Shown one piece after another: positions 23,542 to 37,419 of a stretch of DNA of 64,000 bases; the stretch's first letter is position 1; the number at the start of each line of letters is the position of its first letter. This DNA is from Octopus sinensis (taxonomy: Eukaryota). The notes beneath the pieces are model-generated. The model was not told the origin of the DNA and ran no database searches. It saw only the letters and a list, made by a program, of their open reading frames with translations. The DNA lies in NCBI RefSeq assembly GCF_006345805.1, contig NC_043016.1, positions 31,372,001-31,436,000 on the forward strand, written 5' to 3'. A program made the translations under genes and the position numbers.

Positions 23542-25017
23542 CTACTAATCCATTCTTGTTGCTTTTTTCTTGGTTATAATCACCCCACATTTTTTATGGT
23601 TAATACCATAAACAATTCTGGTGCATCTAAGTTAAGAACCATATTCATTTGAATTCATTGGAATTCACTTGAATCTTAATTGTTTTTACTAAATATATAT
23701 ATATATATGAGTGTGTGTCTTCGTGTCTGTGTTTGCCCTCCACTACTGCTTGACAACTGGTGTTGGTGTGTTTACATCCCCATAAGTTATTGGTTTGGCA
23801 AAAGAGACTGATAGAATAAGTACTGGGGTTGATTAATTTGACTAAAAATTCTTCGAGGTGATGCCCCAGAGTGGCTACAGCCTAACAGCTGAAACAAGTG
23901 CAAGGTAAAATATAAAAGATAGTCTTATAAATTCATCTGAGAAGTCTATGTAGGACATTGCTGCATTTTAATGGCAGCAACAGCAAACAGGTAGTGCAGT
24001 TATTTTAGTATTGGTGCTACATAATAACCAACACCTACCTATGGTAAAGCCTTCTGCCACTTAGAAGGGTTGTTATTTTATTTATTCATTCATGTATTCA
24101 TGCATGGTGTATTGGCAGAATTGTTAGAGCTTTGGGGAAAATGCCTTGTGATATTTTTTTCTGTCTCTTTAGATTCTGAGTTCAAATCCTGCCAAAATCA
24201 ACTTTGTTTTTCATTCTTCGGGGGTTGATTAAATAAGGTGCCAGTCAAGTACTGGTGACAATCTAATCAACTGTCACCCTGTCCCAGAATTTCAGACCTG
24301 CGCCTATGTTAGAAAGTATTATTTATTTATATATTTACTGGTTAAGAAATTATTTACTTAATTTGAATTATTTTTACTTTATTAATTCTATTATTTGTAG
24401 AAGCATATGGCTTAGCGGTTAGGGTGTTGGACTCATGATCATAAGATTGTGGTTTCAATTCCTGGACCAAGTGATTTGTTATGTTCTTGAGCAAAACACT
24501 TCATTTCATGTTGCTTCAGTTCACTCAGCTGGTATAAAAGAGTACTCCTAGAATGGACCAGTGTCCTCTCCAGTGGGGACCATATGCACCAGAGAAACCA
24601 GGAAACCGGTCTTATGCTCCTAAAAGCGTAATGTGGACTAACCAATTCTGTTATTGATATAATGATAATTAAAATTATTTCTCGTTTTGGGATTTGGTTT
24701 GCAAGATTCTTTATATGAGTTTGTGTGTTGAAGCATATTCTGTTGTGTCTGGGGAGAGTCATTTTCTTTTTGTGCTTTATAATGTATATAATGTATACTT
24801 TATATACATTATATATAAAATGTATAAAGAGTCAAGACTATTGAAAGGGTTGCAAGACGCAACGAAAATTTTAGGAAAATAAAAATAAGAAGTAAGTGGA
24901 AATTTTACTGGTGAGTGTGTTACATTATAAGGCACAAAAAGAAAATGACTCTCCCCAGACACAACAGAATAAAATTATTTCATTTTATTAAAAATAATTT
25001 AATTTTGCATTTTGCAG

Positions 25018-25086
25018 CAAGTCAAAAGACAAGCAGCTAACAAGAGAAGTAAATGAAAGTATTAAAAAACTGAAAAATGATAATTG
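25018..25086 (+). CDS. EIF2AK4: GCN2 coding exon
   Basis: ttttgcag| ... TG|gtaata, 69 nt, phase 2/2. Encodes KSKDKQLTREVNESIKKLKNDN. Confidence 0.78.
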
Positions 25087-25899
25087 GTAATATTACATTT
25101 TCTTGTTTTTGTTTAAATATTTTTTTTACTTAGTTAAAGTAATCCAAATACATTTCTTATTAATATAATGGTAAGTCAAAAATACAAGAATTCAGGAACA
25201 GACATTGTTGTGTGGATATAAGTACAGGTGTGGCTGTTTTGATATAGGTGAAGGTGTGACTGCATAAGAGGTTTGCTTCCCAACCACGTGGTTCTGGGTT
25301 CAGTCCCACTGCATAGCACCTTGGACAAGTGTCTTCTTCTATGGCCTTGGGCTGACAAAAGCCTTGTAAGTGGATTTGGTCGACAGAAACTGAAAGAAGC
25401 CTGTAATTTATGTGTGTGTCTTTGTACTTTGTTTGTCCCCCCATCATTCCCTTGACCACTGGTATTGCTTTATTTATGTCTCCTGCCACTTAGCAGTTTG
25501 GCAAAAAGAAACCAACAGAAATATAGTACTAGACTTTAAAAATAAGTACTGGGGTTGATCTGTTTAACAAAACCCTTCAAGTTAGTGCCCCAGCATGCCT
25601 GAAACAAGTAAAAGAGTAACATTTTGAGTTGACAAAGAGAGAGAGAGAAAGAGAGTTCTTTGATTCTTGCAACCTACACCTAGAAATTAGGGGGATTTCT
25701 GTTTTCTAGGAGTGGCTAACTTGTAGCTAAGCAATAAGACCAATAGATATCAATTTTCTACTCACAGATCAGATTCTTTTCACTGACCATAATACTGCCA
25801 AATGTGAGAATCATTATGTGTTTTTATAATCTGCTAGTAATTTTGAGATTTCTAGGGTTCCATCACTCCTGAAAGAGGAACCCCTCCCTGAACTCCTTT

Positions 25900-26250
25900 C
25901 ACCACTAGCTGTCTCTGGTCAGTATTAGCCATGTAAGCCCCAGGGAGTGAGTGAGGTCATCTTGCTATTTTGTATTTGGTTGTCCTCTTGAGCTTGTCCA
26001 TTGTCTTAGTTTCCAGTCTGTCACTCTCCCTAACTGTCCAACTGTTGTCTTTCAGTCACACGATGTGACCATCCCATCTATATTTGTTGTCTTTGATGGT
26101 TCTTATGATGTCATTAACTCTTATTTGCTGTCAGATCTAGAAATAGCACCTAATTCTCTCTTGATTTATACCCCACAGTCTTAAAAAGTGAATGTAAGAA
26201 CACATTAGTAGTACTTGGTATGAGACAATCATGGCTGCTAGCCTGAGGTA
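25900..26250 (-). mobile_element. degenerate RTE-like LINE fragment
   Basis: Minus strand contains HIVRLKDNSWTVR, an RTE thumb-region-like motif; heavily mutated. Confidence 0.4.
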
Positions 26251-26763
26251 CCAGCAATATATGTAACTATAGTTCTTTGGGGTGCTTGTTCATAGCGAAC
26301 ACAATGAGCCAGTGGGTGCTATTTTTGCCCTGGATGCTTATGCTCAGCTATAAATTGTTAAACCATAAGCTTTCAGCTGAGAGGTAATGTATAAAACAAC
26401 ACAATAGCAATAATAATAAACCTTGACTAAATAAATACCAAATAATGTTCAACGTGGTTGAACAACCAATCCCAACAAGTAGGGATTGTACTATTCATCC
26501 CTTTGATTACTGAGTACAGAACATGGCTCATGTGGCCTTGGTTCAGGTGATTTCCCTGAGTAACCATCTTACCCTTGTACATCAATCTGTCACAAGGTTA
26601 CCCATTTACAGATGAGCAGACTGGGGTGACGTGACATACAGAATACAATACATCAGCTAGTCTAGGAACTGAACGATATAGCAACTGTGACTGCAACATC
26701 CTAACCAGTAGGCCACTGCCCTTTTATAAATTAAGGAAGAAAAAATCTTGTCCAAAGGGCATG

Positions 26764-27071
26764 TTGTTGTTGTTTGTTCCTTCTTGAGCCATGCCTGGCT
26801 CATAAGGGCCAGTTTCCCAGTTTCCTTGGCGTATAGGTTCCCCACCTGGATGGGACGCCGGTCCATCGCAGGTGAGCTGCAAGATGCAGGAGGAAAGAGT
26901 GAGAGAAAGTTGTGGCGAAAGAGTCAGCAGAAGATCACAATTACCTTCTGCCGGAGCCGCATGGAGCTTAGGTGTTTCGCTCATAAACACACACATCACC
27001 CAGTCTGAGATTCGAACCCGTGATCCCTCGACTGCGAGTCCACTGCTCTAACCACTAGGCCATATGCCTCC
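26764..27071 (-). mobile_element. well-preserved tRNA-headed SINE with MetaSINE-like central domain and (AAC)n tail
   Basis: Head GGCCTAGTGGTTAGAGC...GGTTCGAATCTC (A and B boxes) and central GCGATGGACCGGCGTCCCATCCAGG. Older relatives at 24410, 14900 and 52695. Confidence 0.75.
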
Positions 27072-28182
27072 ACCAAAGGGCATGAACAAAATTTAAGCAT
27101 AGCAATGCATACTAATGCAATATTTTTAGCATAAAAGCATTGTTTTCAATCTTTTTATTGTATGGAAAGGCTGTGCAGAGTTAATCTTTCATATGATAAC
27201 TAGGCATAGGTCTTTCATCCTAAATATGTACTGGTTGCAGCATATATCATCATCATCATCATTTAACGTCCACTTTCCTTGCTGGCGTGGGTTAGATGGT
27301 TTGACTGCACCAGGTTCCAATCTGATTTGGCATAGTTTCCACAGCTGAATGCCCTTCCTAATGCCAACCACTCCAAGAGTGTAGTGGGTACACTTTATGT
27401 GTCACCAGCACAGGTGCCATTTACATGACACCAGCAATGACCACAACTGTGATTTTTAAAATTCTTCTGACATTAATGTGTAATTCTTGGTAGTAAGAAA
27501 GTTTAGGTGGCAGAAATGTTAGCATGCCGGACGAAATGCTTAGCGGTATTTCATCTGTCTCTACATTCTGAGTTCAGATTCCGCCAAGGTCGACTTTGCC
27601 TTTCATCCTGTTGGGGTCGATAAATTAAGTACCAATTACGAACTGGGGGTCAATGTAATCGACTTAATCCCTTTGTCAGTCCTTGTTTGTCCCCTCTATG
27701 TTTAGCACCTTGTGGGCAATAAAGAAATAAGAAAGTTTCCAAAATGGGTGGAGAAATTCATGAAGGACTACTTTAGTAGAACACCTGTCATATCTATAGG
27801 AGATGTGGGTTTACGTCCCATGGACAGCCTTTTGCTTGTTCTGACTAAAAGGGATTTTCAATCCAATATTTACATGCTATTGTTTATAACTTTTATCTAG
27901 CCATAGAAACTCTGTCAAAGCATATATTTGAGCATGAGACAGTCCTCTGACATTATTATTATTGTTGTTTTGCCAGCCATGCTAATGACAGGATCATTAG
28001 CATGGCTGGCAAAATGCTTAGCAGTATTTCAATTGCTGCTACATTCTGAGTTCAAATTCCACTGACTTTGATTTTGCCTTTCATCCTTTCAAGGTTGATA
28101 AATTAAGTACCAGTTGAGTACTGGGGTCGATATAATTAACTTACACCTCCCCAAAATTACAGGCATTGTGCCTACAGTAGAA

Positions 28183-28189
<7 letters not shown>

Positions 28190-28218
<29 letters not shown>

Positions 28219-28590
28219 GAGTGAGAGAGCAGTGCATGCCATCAAAGTTACACTGGGGTAAAATATACGAAGCCCAGTATACCCATCATGACTACCCATC
28301 TGATAAGGGTACACCAGGCACATGCATCACAACCAAATGTGCACGACATGGTGATCTCATATCAAGATAAACTGCGCATGACCTTGCAGGTGGGGCACAG
28401 TTAGAGTTTTCTTCAAGTCGAGAAACCCATCCCACTCCAAAGGTCCCTGAATAAGGTTTGTTTAAGGATGATGAATGAAATACCTATGTTTCCAAGGGCG
28501 AATCATCCAAACCCCAAAGATTTCCTCTCAACGCATGGCTATGATGCTCCCCCACTACTTCTGCACATGATCAGAGATGCACATTTCAGA
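28190..28590 (-). mobile_element. SINE or LINE 3' end with (TAA)n tail
   Basis: A (TTA)n run is followed by about 370 bp of non-low-complexity sequence ending in a truncation, typical of a retroposed 3' end. Confidence 0.55.
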
Positions 28591-29051
28591 AAAAAAGAGT
28601 TAATTCACATTCCTTTGAATGTTTGATATCAACAACATAAAATATGTTGTTTGCTGTATCATCATCATTGTTTATTGGCCACTTTCCATGCTGGCATGGG
28701 TTGGACAGTCTGATTGAGGACTGGCAAGCTGGGAGGCTACACCAGGCTCCAGTCTGATCTAATAAGGTTTCTACAGCTGGATGCCCTTCCTAACACTAAC
28801 CACTTCAAGAGTGTAGTGGGTGCTTTTTACATACCACCAGCACGGGAGCGAGTCAGACAGTATTGGCATCAACCACACTCAAATAGTGCTTTTTGAGTAC
28901 CAGTCAGGTAGCACTGGTGAATTTGTAACTATATTAATTATCAAAAAAAATTTTTCTGATGACACATAAAATAAATGTCAATTTTTTTTACCTGTATCAG
29001 GAACGATTATTTTAAAACATGTTCTTCTATTTTGTCTTTACTTTCTTTCAG

Positions 29052-29106
29052 TGGTGATTGCATAATATTATACAGTAAGCAGAGTGACACGTACATAATT
29101 TTATGA
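29052..29106 (+). CDS. EIF2AK4: GCN2 terminal coding exon
   Basis: ctttctttcag|T GGT ... TTA TGA. (C)GDCIILYSKQSDTYIIL* compares with the recalled human C-terminus VSVLFLYSYRDDYYRILF*. Confidence 0.88.
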
Positions 29107-30277
29107 AATTCAGCAACTTTGTGATAACAAGAAAAAAAAAATGATGTTTACCAAGCAACAGTGATGCCTCAATCTGTCTGTTTGTCCTTTTCTTCTTTCA
29201 TTTTTTTTCCTAATTTGACACTAGTCAGAAAAAATACAAAGCAAAAAAGATATTTTCAAACTTTTTTTTTTGTCTAACCATATTGAAATGGGTTAAATTT
29301 AATCATTTAGTTAGTTTAAATATTACAGAAACTCAATATATCTATTTATCTGTATCAATACCATTCAGTTTCTCCTTCTGTGATTTCGTTGTGATCTCTT
29401 ATTGCATTAATGGATAGGAATATTTCAGTTCTGATCAGACAAATAAGCCAGTTTGTGTTAACATTTTTTAAGGCGAAGGGCATTAAAACATTAACAAGAA
29501 ATGCGGTGAGGAAAAAAAAAGAAGAAATCAATAGTATTCGTTAAAGGCTAATATTATTGTTTTATATTTTCCTAATGAGTACAGGTAATAACTTTTCATA
29601 TAATAACTTTTCTGGCCTCTTCTGCAAAGTCTAGCCTTCACCGTATCTCCCGAAACAATAATGAATCAATTCTTAAATAATATGCAAGAGTATAAATGGA
29701 AACTAGAATTATTTATAAATGAAGTAATTCACTGCAATACATGTGTTACTGTTGATGTTAATGCATGGAATATTAAAAATGGTTAAAGAGAAACAAAATG
29801 CTAATTTTTTAAATCTGAAGTTACAAATTTGTTTCATTTGATAGTAATTTTATTGTAATGGTATGTAAGAGAATTATGCAGTGAAATTTTCTGATCTAAT
29901 TAAAACCAGTTTCATAAATTGGAATATATAATTATCTGCTATATATGTATTTATATGCAAAGTTAAATTTAGGGATAGAATTAGAATAATCTGAGGGAAT
30001 GATGATTGAAGTAATATAAAACATTTTAGTGAAGACTTTTAGAAAAGAGGTTGTTAATACAACTCTGTGAAGTTTTTTTTTCATTTGATAGGCTATCAAA
30101 CCATTTCATTTAACTGTAAATAATTTATTTAAAGAAAAAAATATGAAAGGAAAAATAATATTCTTCTAATGTAAACACATATATTTTTATCTGTGTGACT
30201 TGTTTATATTTTTAAGCATAAACCTTACTGCTGGCATTGTGTGTTTAAATAACCTACTAGTGTTTGCCTGTCTGGGA

Positions 30278-30283
30278 AATAAA
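30278..30283 (+). terminator. candidate AATAAA polyadenylation signal for GCN2
   Basis: AATAAA about 1.2 kb after the stop, within repeat-poor UTR-like sequence; not validated. Confidence 0.3.
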
Positions 30284-31149
30284 TGCTATTTTCACTTTAT
30301 CATAAAATAGATGAAATATGGAAAGACATTCAGCTGTAAAGCCATTATATTTTGTGCAGACAGAGAAGATATCTTTACAGAGTGATACATAAATTACAGT
30401 CATGCACATTTATACAAACTCACATTCGTTCACAACAAAACACAGTCAATCATGCTCATATTCACAATTACACAAAATTCATGTTTACTCACACATACAT
30501 ATGTAGATATAGATATATAGAGATGTAAATTTGCATGTTTGTACCAATATACTATTATATTTTCAATGCTACATGTAAGTGTTTTTTTCCTGCACCATTA
30601 GGCATACACCTATATTTCTAAAGTGCATGTGGTTTTGTCATTCAAGGTTCAAGAGAATGTTGGTTTTTGATGTTGCTCTTATGAAAACTTTCATACAATT
30701 GAACTGTGAGTCTGTTGATGTATATTCTGAGAGATGGATGTATGTTCTAGTTGTATTTTATATAGAATGTGTGCTGTATTGCAAAGGAATACTTTTGGAG
30801 GATTGTGTGTAAATTTTTGAACCCTTGATTACATTTATGTATTTCTTCTGTTCAGTCCCTTTGTACAGTGAATCTACTATTATTGGTACCATTTTGACTG
30901 TTTCCAATTCCAGGTCATCTTACCTTTGACAATTTTATTTTTACTTTTCAAGGAATGTTTTACATGGAAATTTCGTCTCTGTCTTTCATTATATCTAGAT
31001 GGTTAGATCTTGTTGATCTAGACAGTCGTGTCCCAGATTATCTTATCCAGGGTATCCGGGGTATTCACTGGATTTAAAATCATTCATGCTACTATTTTTC
31101 AGTTTTTATGCCAAAGTTTTGGCATACTGACATTAGTTATCAATTACAT

Positions 31150-31279
31150 CTGATGGGGTGCTGAAAAGTTCCTGGCTTTGGCTTTTCTAAGCCCTGTAAA
31201 AGAACTTGGAAGGATGGGCTTCTAATCAGGCCTTTTACGAGACCCTTAAAGCCAAGAACTTATCAGCACCCCCCTCGTA
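31150..31279. mobile_element. mariner-type MITE
   Basis: GGGGTGCTGAAAAGTTCCTGGCTTT / AAAGCCAAGAACTTATCAGCACCCCCCTCGTA inverted termini. Confidence 0.7.
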
Positions 31280-31404
31280 TATGTATATATGATTGTGTAT
31301 ATTCTGTCTTTGCAAGGACTGGATAGCCAGAAATGATAATTTTAATTGTTAGAATTATCAAAATTGCATTTTATCTTCATCTCTTGATTTATTGCTTTAT
31401 TTTT

Positions 31405-31523
31405 GTGTGTGTGTGTGTGTTTATATATATATATATGTGTATGTATGTATGTGTGTGTGTATGTGTGTGTGTATGTGTATGTATGTATATATATGTATGT
31501 ATGTATATATGTATGTATGTATG

Positions 31524-31567
<44 letters not shown>

Positions 31568-31579
31568 TATTTATATGTA

Positions 31580-31622
<43 letters not shown>

Positions 31623-31815
31623 GTGTGTATATATATATATATATGTATATATGTGTGTATATAATATATATATTATATATGTGTGTATATATATATATAT
31701 ATGTATATATGTGTGTATATATATATGTGTGTATATATATATGTATATTTATATGTATGTATATAATTGTAACATATTATTTTATATATATATATGTATA
31801 TATTTATATTTGATG
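31405..31815. repeat. compound (TA)/(TG)/(TATG) microsatellite
   Basis: About 410 bp of alternating purine-pyrimidine dinucleotides. Confidence 0.95.
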
Positions 31816-34800
31816 TCTTAGTAGTAATCTAGTCAGCTATAACCAAATCCTCCATTTCTGTTTTCCGTCCTGAGAATTTTTTTTTCCTTGGCTTTCATGT
31901 TGATTCACTTCTCCATTCGCTCTTGCTTAATACTAATCCATGAGAGTTTTTTTTTTTTTTGGTCTTCATTTCTTACTTCTTTTCGGTGCTTCTTGAGTTC
32001 TACATTGATTGAGGTGAGGGTCTTCACATTTTCTAATTTGTTTTTTTTTTTTTTTTTTTTGTTTTTTGTTCTTATCTTACCAGTTTCCACTTTCATATAT
32101 ATATTTGCAGTGATATTTAGAAACGTACTATATCATTATTTTAAAAAAATGTTGTTGCTTATTTTCTTTTATTAGGCTTTTCCCGTTTATATATGATTTA
32201 TATAAAGTTATTTAATTTAAAATTCTTATATAAGAATTGACTTCAGTATATAAAGTAAAAAAGACAAATTTTTTTTCTCCCAATTTTAATTTTATACTTA
32301 TGGATTTACTTTTAGAAACATTTTTACTTCCCATAAGATTTTTATTTTATATACCTATATACTTTAGAATATCTATATAATTTATTACATCTTTATATCA
32401 TGAACACATACACACACACACACACACACACATAGTAAATATTCTAGTTTTGAAGAAATAGATATATTTTACAACAAATACCGTGTACTCTTTCACATAC
32501 TTATGAAGCAAAAAATGAGTGTGTGCTGGTGTTTATGATACAATGTAGTTAGACTGTAGTTAATGACTTCTTAGCAGTAAATGTACTTTATAGCAGTGTG
32601 AGACACCGAGGTAACTAAATGACAAGATCATCATCATCATCATTTAGTGTCCATTTTCCATGCTGACATGGATTGGATGGTTTGACCAGAAGCTGGTAAG
32701 CCAGGGAGCTGTACCAATTCTCAATCTGATTTGGTATGGTTTCTATGGCTGGATGCTGTTCCTAATGCCAACCACTCCAAGAGTGTAGTGAATGCTTTTT
32801 ATATGCCACCGGCATTGACGTGACACCAGCATCAACCATGACTACAATCTCACTTGGCTTGACAGGTCTTCACAAGCACAGAATATTGCCAAATCCGTTG
32901 ATCACCTGTCACTGCCTCCGTGACAACCGGTACTCGAATGGTGCTTTTTATGTGCCACCGGCATGGGTATCAGTCAGGTGGCACTGGTATCAGCCATGAC
33001 TATGATTTCACTTGGCTGGACAAGTATTCTCAAGCACAAGATATCAAAAAATATCAGAATAGTATAACAGACAATGGGTTTTTTTTTATTGCTGGTTTAG
33101 GTTTTAATGTTCAACCATATTGATAGTTGAGGTGACAAAGACAGGCAGACATTTAGAGAGATAGAGAGACAGACATATAAATAGATGGCTAGATAGATGC
33201 ATAGCTGAATAGGTGGATAGGTAAGTTGGTAGGTAGAAAGTTGGGTAGATGGATAGGTATGTTGGCAAATAGACAGATACTCAAAGGTGAGATTGTGCAA
33301 GCTTAGGGAGCCATCCATTGCAAGGTGCTCGGTGTTGGATTTTTATATTCTAGTGACTTCATGTATCTACTTATGATGTCAACCAGAATGATAGAGATAA
33401 CAATAAAGATATGAAAAAAAAAAAAAAAATCACAGACCACTTGGCTCTGATGCCAACCAAGTGACTAGCTAAAAAGCTGATAGCGGCCAGGACATTCATG
33501 ATTGCAGAAATGAAAATGCAAAAGAGAAAGAAGGAAAGAATAAGATTGTGGGAGGAAAGAGAAAAGGGAGAGGAAGTGACATAAAGATAAAAAGAAAAAC
33601 AAGAGAAACTGAGACTATGTCAATCTTTGATGCTATGAAGAAATGACTGGAAACTTAAAAAAAACTGTAAGGGGTCACAGTTTTTTGTTAAGATCACATA
33701 ACCAGTTCACCCTTAGACAATATCTATCATACAGCAACAATACACAGGAAACATACTCCCTTGGATATTGCCTAATGATTCACCTAATATATTTGGACAC
33801 CAAATATATCAGATGAAAGTTTTATATGCCAAGTAAGATATTCATGACATACTCCAAATGACAAGTTATAGTAGCATCTTGGAGTATTTCTACAGTCACA
33901 CTACATTAATGCAATATTCCAAGACAGGAGAGTCATCATCATCATGATAATCATTCATTTAGCATCCATGTTCCATGCTGGCATGGGGTGGACATCATCA
34001 AATGATGGTGATATCACACACACATATCACGATCATCGTCATTTTTTTTTTAATCTACAGAGAGATAATTGAGCCATCATCAGATATATAAACAACTTAT
34101 CTCACAAGAACACTCCGTTTGTAATTAATTTGAATTTATTCCATATCTGTATGTCTATCAATATATCTACACAGCCATTTCTTCATTTATCCACCTATCT
34201 ATCTATCAATCTAACTATTTGTATTTATGCTTCTTCCTCAGTCTTTCTAAATATTTACATGCTTAGCTATCTGTCTCTCTTTGTAAGTCAGTATGGTTAA
34301 ACGTTAAAACCAACGCCATTGACAAAAACTCATATTGTCTTTTATATTGTTTTGATACTTTTTGGGTATCTTGTCATTTAGTTAATACCAGTTTCTCATG
34401 CTGCTAAAAACTACATTTAAGTGTAATAAGGTCATATCCAAAACACACACACACACGCACATGCAAATGAATAATTAAAACAGAGGTTTAAAAGTGCTCA
34501 ATAACCAATATAGAGTACTATAAAATCTAAAAGTAGCTGGAACTTCACTTGTGTGACTTATCAGACTTTAGTGATTTAATTTAGAACATCTACACACACA
34601 CAGAGTTTGTGTTCCCTTGGTAAGTCACAAAAAGATTTGAAAAGATATATAATTTGATTGGTTGTTGGTAATTGATATGAATAGAGTGTGTAAAAAACTT
34701 AATGTTTTATCAAATACAGTATAGTGTAAGAGGTAAAAGTTAAGAAAGGAAAAAAAAATTAGGAAAAGATGAAGAATATGAATTTTTTGTACAATTAGAC

Positions 34801-37372
34801 AAAGCAAAATATTTTTATGAAGCAAATCACTCTTTCTATCAAAAAGCACCATGGATTTATAAAAAAAAAGAACAAAAAAAAAAGAACAGAAATATGAATA
34901 ACACCACTCTTGATTCTATTAACTTTGGATATGAAAAGATTGTAATTCACTTAAACAGAAATGAAATTATTGAAGCTTTAGCACTATGCAAACTGTATAT
35001 CACATTTAAGAATCTTAAACTAATTTCCTGAGAAGCCCATTTACAAAATGTATGAATCCAACTGAAAGTCAATTAAATTGCAAAAGATTTTTCATGCAAA
35101 ATAGGCATAAAAATAAAAGAAGTTTGTAATTTATTGTTATGGAACAAAAGTATTTTAGTTACAAAATAGTCCAATAACATCAATAATAATCAACAATATG
35201 AATTTATCCAGTTTGATAGCATAGATTATTACCTTTCAAGTAATAAACTCTTCACAAAGCATCAATGTCCACTACCAGTCATGTTCTCGTATTCCATTAT
35301 TAAAATCATGTTACGTGGAAGGAAATCACTGTTATTTTTTTGACAAAAACTTGGAGATAAAGAAAAAGGGTATTACTTCCTTTGATATTAACTTTAACTT
35401 TTAATGGACTTGGCAGAAATTTGCAAATTAATCTGTCTTTGTATATTGCACCTAAACATAATATTTTTAGCAAATAGTTTATACTGTGATAATGGCTTTT
35501 AAAAATTATTAACTCACAAACAGATATATTTCTGAAAAATTTGCAATAAATTTAAATATTTAAACTTGAAAATCATTGACAACACATATCTTAATCCATT
35601 AGCATTCAGATGACTCTGTCAAATGTAATGCTTATTTATTCACATTGTTTTGAATTAATCATGCAATATCTCATAGCTTCCATTCCTATGGAAAACCAAT
35701 TCAAATTTTACAATATATTTATATGTATTCAAACCACCCACCAGCTTAGATTTAAGAAAATATACCAAAGCATTAACTTCTAACTTACTAGCATCCAATT
35801 ACTATAACCTATTATTATCATCAGAGCAATAACAATAATGCTACATGGATAACAAATAGAAAACAAAATATCATACTGTAGAGTTTTGAAAAATATTAAA
35901 GGCAGCCATTTTATCATGGGTAATTTTACTGAATCCTTGTTGAACTTTAATCTTAAAAATAATAAAACTTGTGCTTCCTATAATCCTAATACCTTTTAAC
36001 CATGCAATTGCTTAAAATTTATGTAATGTCTTTTAAATGGTTGATGTCCAACAAACGACAATTTGTAGTAGTTTGGCAATATTTAAGAAAATTAAATTAA
36101 ATTCATATTTATTCAATTCAATAAAAAAAAAATGTTGTACACTATATAGTGTGAGTAGAAAATGTACCAGTTATTATTTTAGACTACACCAGTTTAAAGT
36201 TTAACTTGTTTAAATTGAGATATGACTAACACTACATTTTTAAACACCTAATCAAATGATCAGAAACTACTTTGTCGAAATATATTTGGAGTTAGAAAGA
36301 CAAACACACTAAATGTCCACATCAAATTAAGAAATTTTGTATCATGTTACAACCATTTTTGTGTTTTGTGCCTCTCTGAAAGACTAGAAAGTTTATTCTG
36401 TTATAAGAATATTCAGACATAGCTATTAATTTTCATTGAAAAACTCTAAATTGCTATACTATAAATTACCATATTGGTAATTATTTAATTACATTATTCA
36501 AATATGCTATACAAATATACACAATAGGGTTACCACTTTGGCACATACATTGCTCTGTATATATATTTCATATGCATACATTTTCATAACTTTATATAAC
36601 TATGTTGTGTTATCATAAATAATACTTTACAATTACCTTACTCATATGTATGCCATATCATATATAATTTTATAGCATTCCTTAAATTTCTCCTACACCT
36701 CATTTTCTCTCTTATTTTTAGCTTCTGTTTAGTGACTGTACAAGTATGTACTATATAAGTATAAACAGTATAAGTCTTCTTTATAAATAAATCTGCAGTA
36801 CAAGTCCTTTTAAAAACAATTGACTACACAATAAAACATATACCTCATGCTTTTCTTTTTACTCTTATCCCCGGTGTCTTCATCTTTCTATCGCAGGCGT
36901 CACTGATATAAAAACTTTCTAAGTTTATAGATTCTTTTTAACCTTTAATTTTCTTAAATTATTACCTCTATTTTTCATCTCTAATATTTAATCAATTTCC
37001 CTTTAAGAAATCCATTCTGTTTTACTGCAATTCATGTTCTTTGCTGCATTGTTTTTTTTCTGTTTTCATTTTCTAATTTTCGTTTTTGTCTCTTTTCTTT
37101 CTTTATACCTACTTCTTACATTTGTATTGTTCAATGCTTTTTATCACTTCCCAACAACTAATCAAATTATGTGTATACTTTGAAATATTTTGTAACTTAC
37201 TAAAAGAACCTAAATTATATGTGGCTGTGTGGTAAGTAGCTTGCTTACCAACCACATGGTACCAGGTTCAGTCCCACTGTATGGCACCTTGGGCAAGTGT
37301 CTTCTACTATAGCCTCACGCCAACCAAAGTCTTGTGAGTGGATTTGGTAGACGGAAACTGAAAGAAGCCTGT

Positions 37373-37419
<47 letters not shown>

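Larger units (their letters stand above)
22635..23575. repeat. near-perfect palindrome (268 bp arms, 22 nt original loop) interrupted by a Helitron
   Basis: 22635-22902 is the reverse complement of 22925-22932 plus 23316-23575, with 2 mismatches by eye. Confidence 0.92.

Noticed and set aside
26990-27071. tRNA-like sequence with A and B boxes
   Set aside because: Continues into a SINE body and tail with no acceptor-stem closure or T-run terminator; a SINE head, not a tRNA gene.
31333-31821. Several long ORFs (C/V/Y/I/M-rich)
   Set aside because: Translations of a dinucleotide microsatellite.
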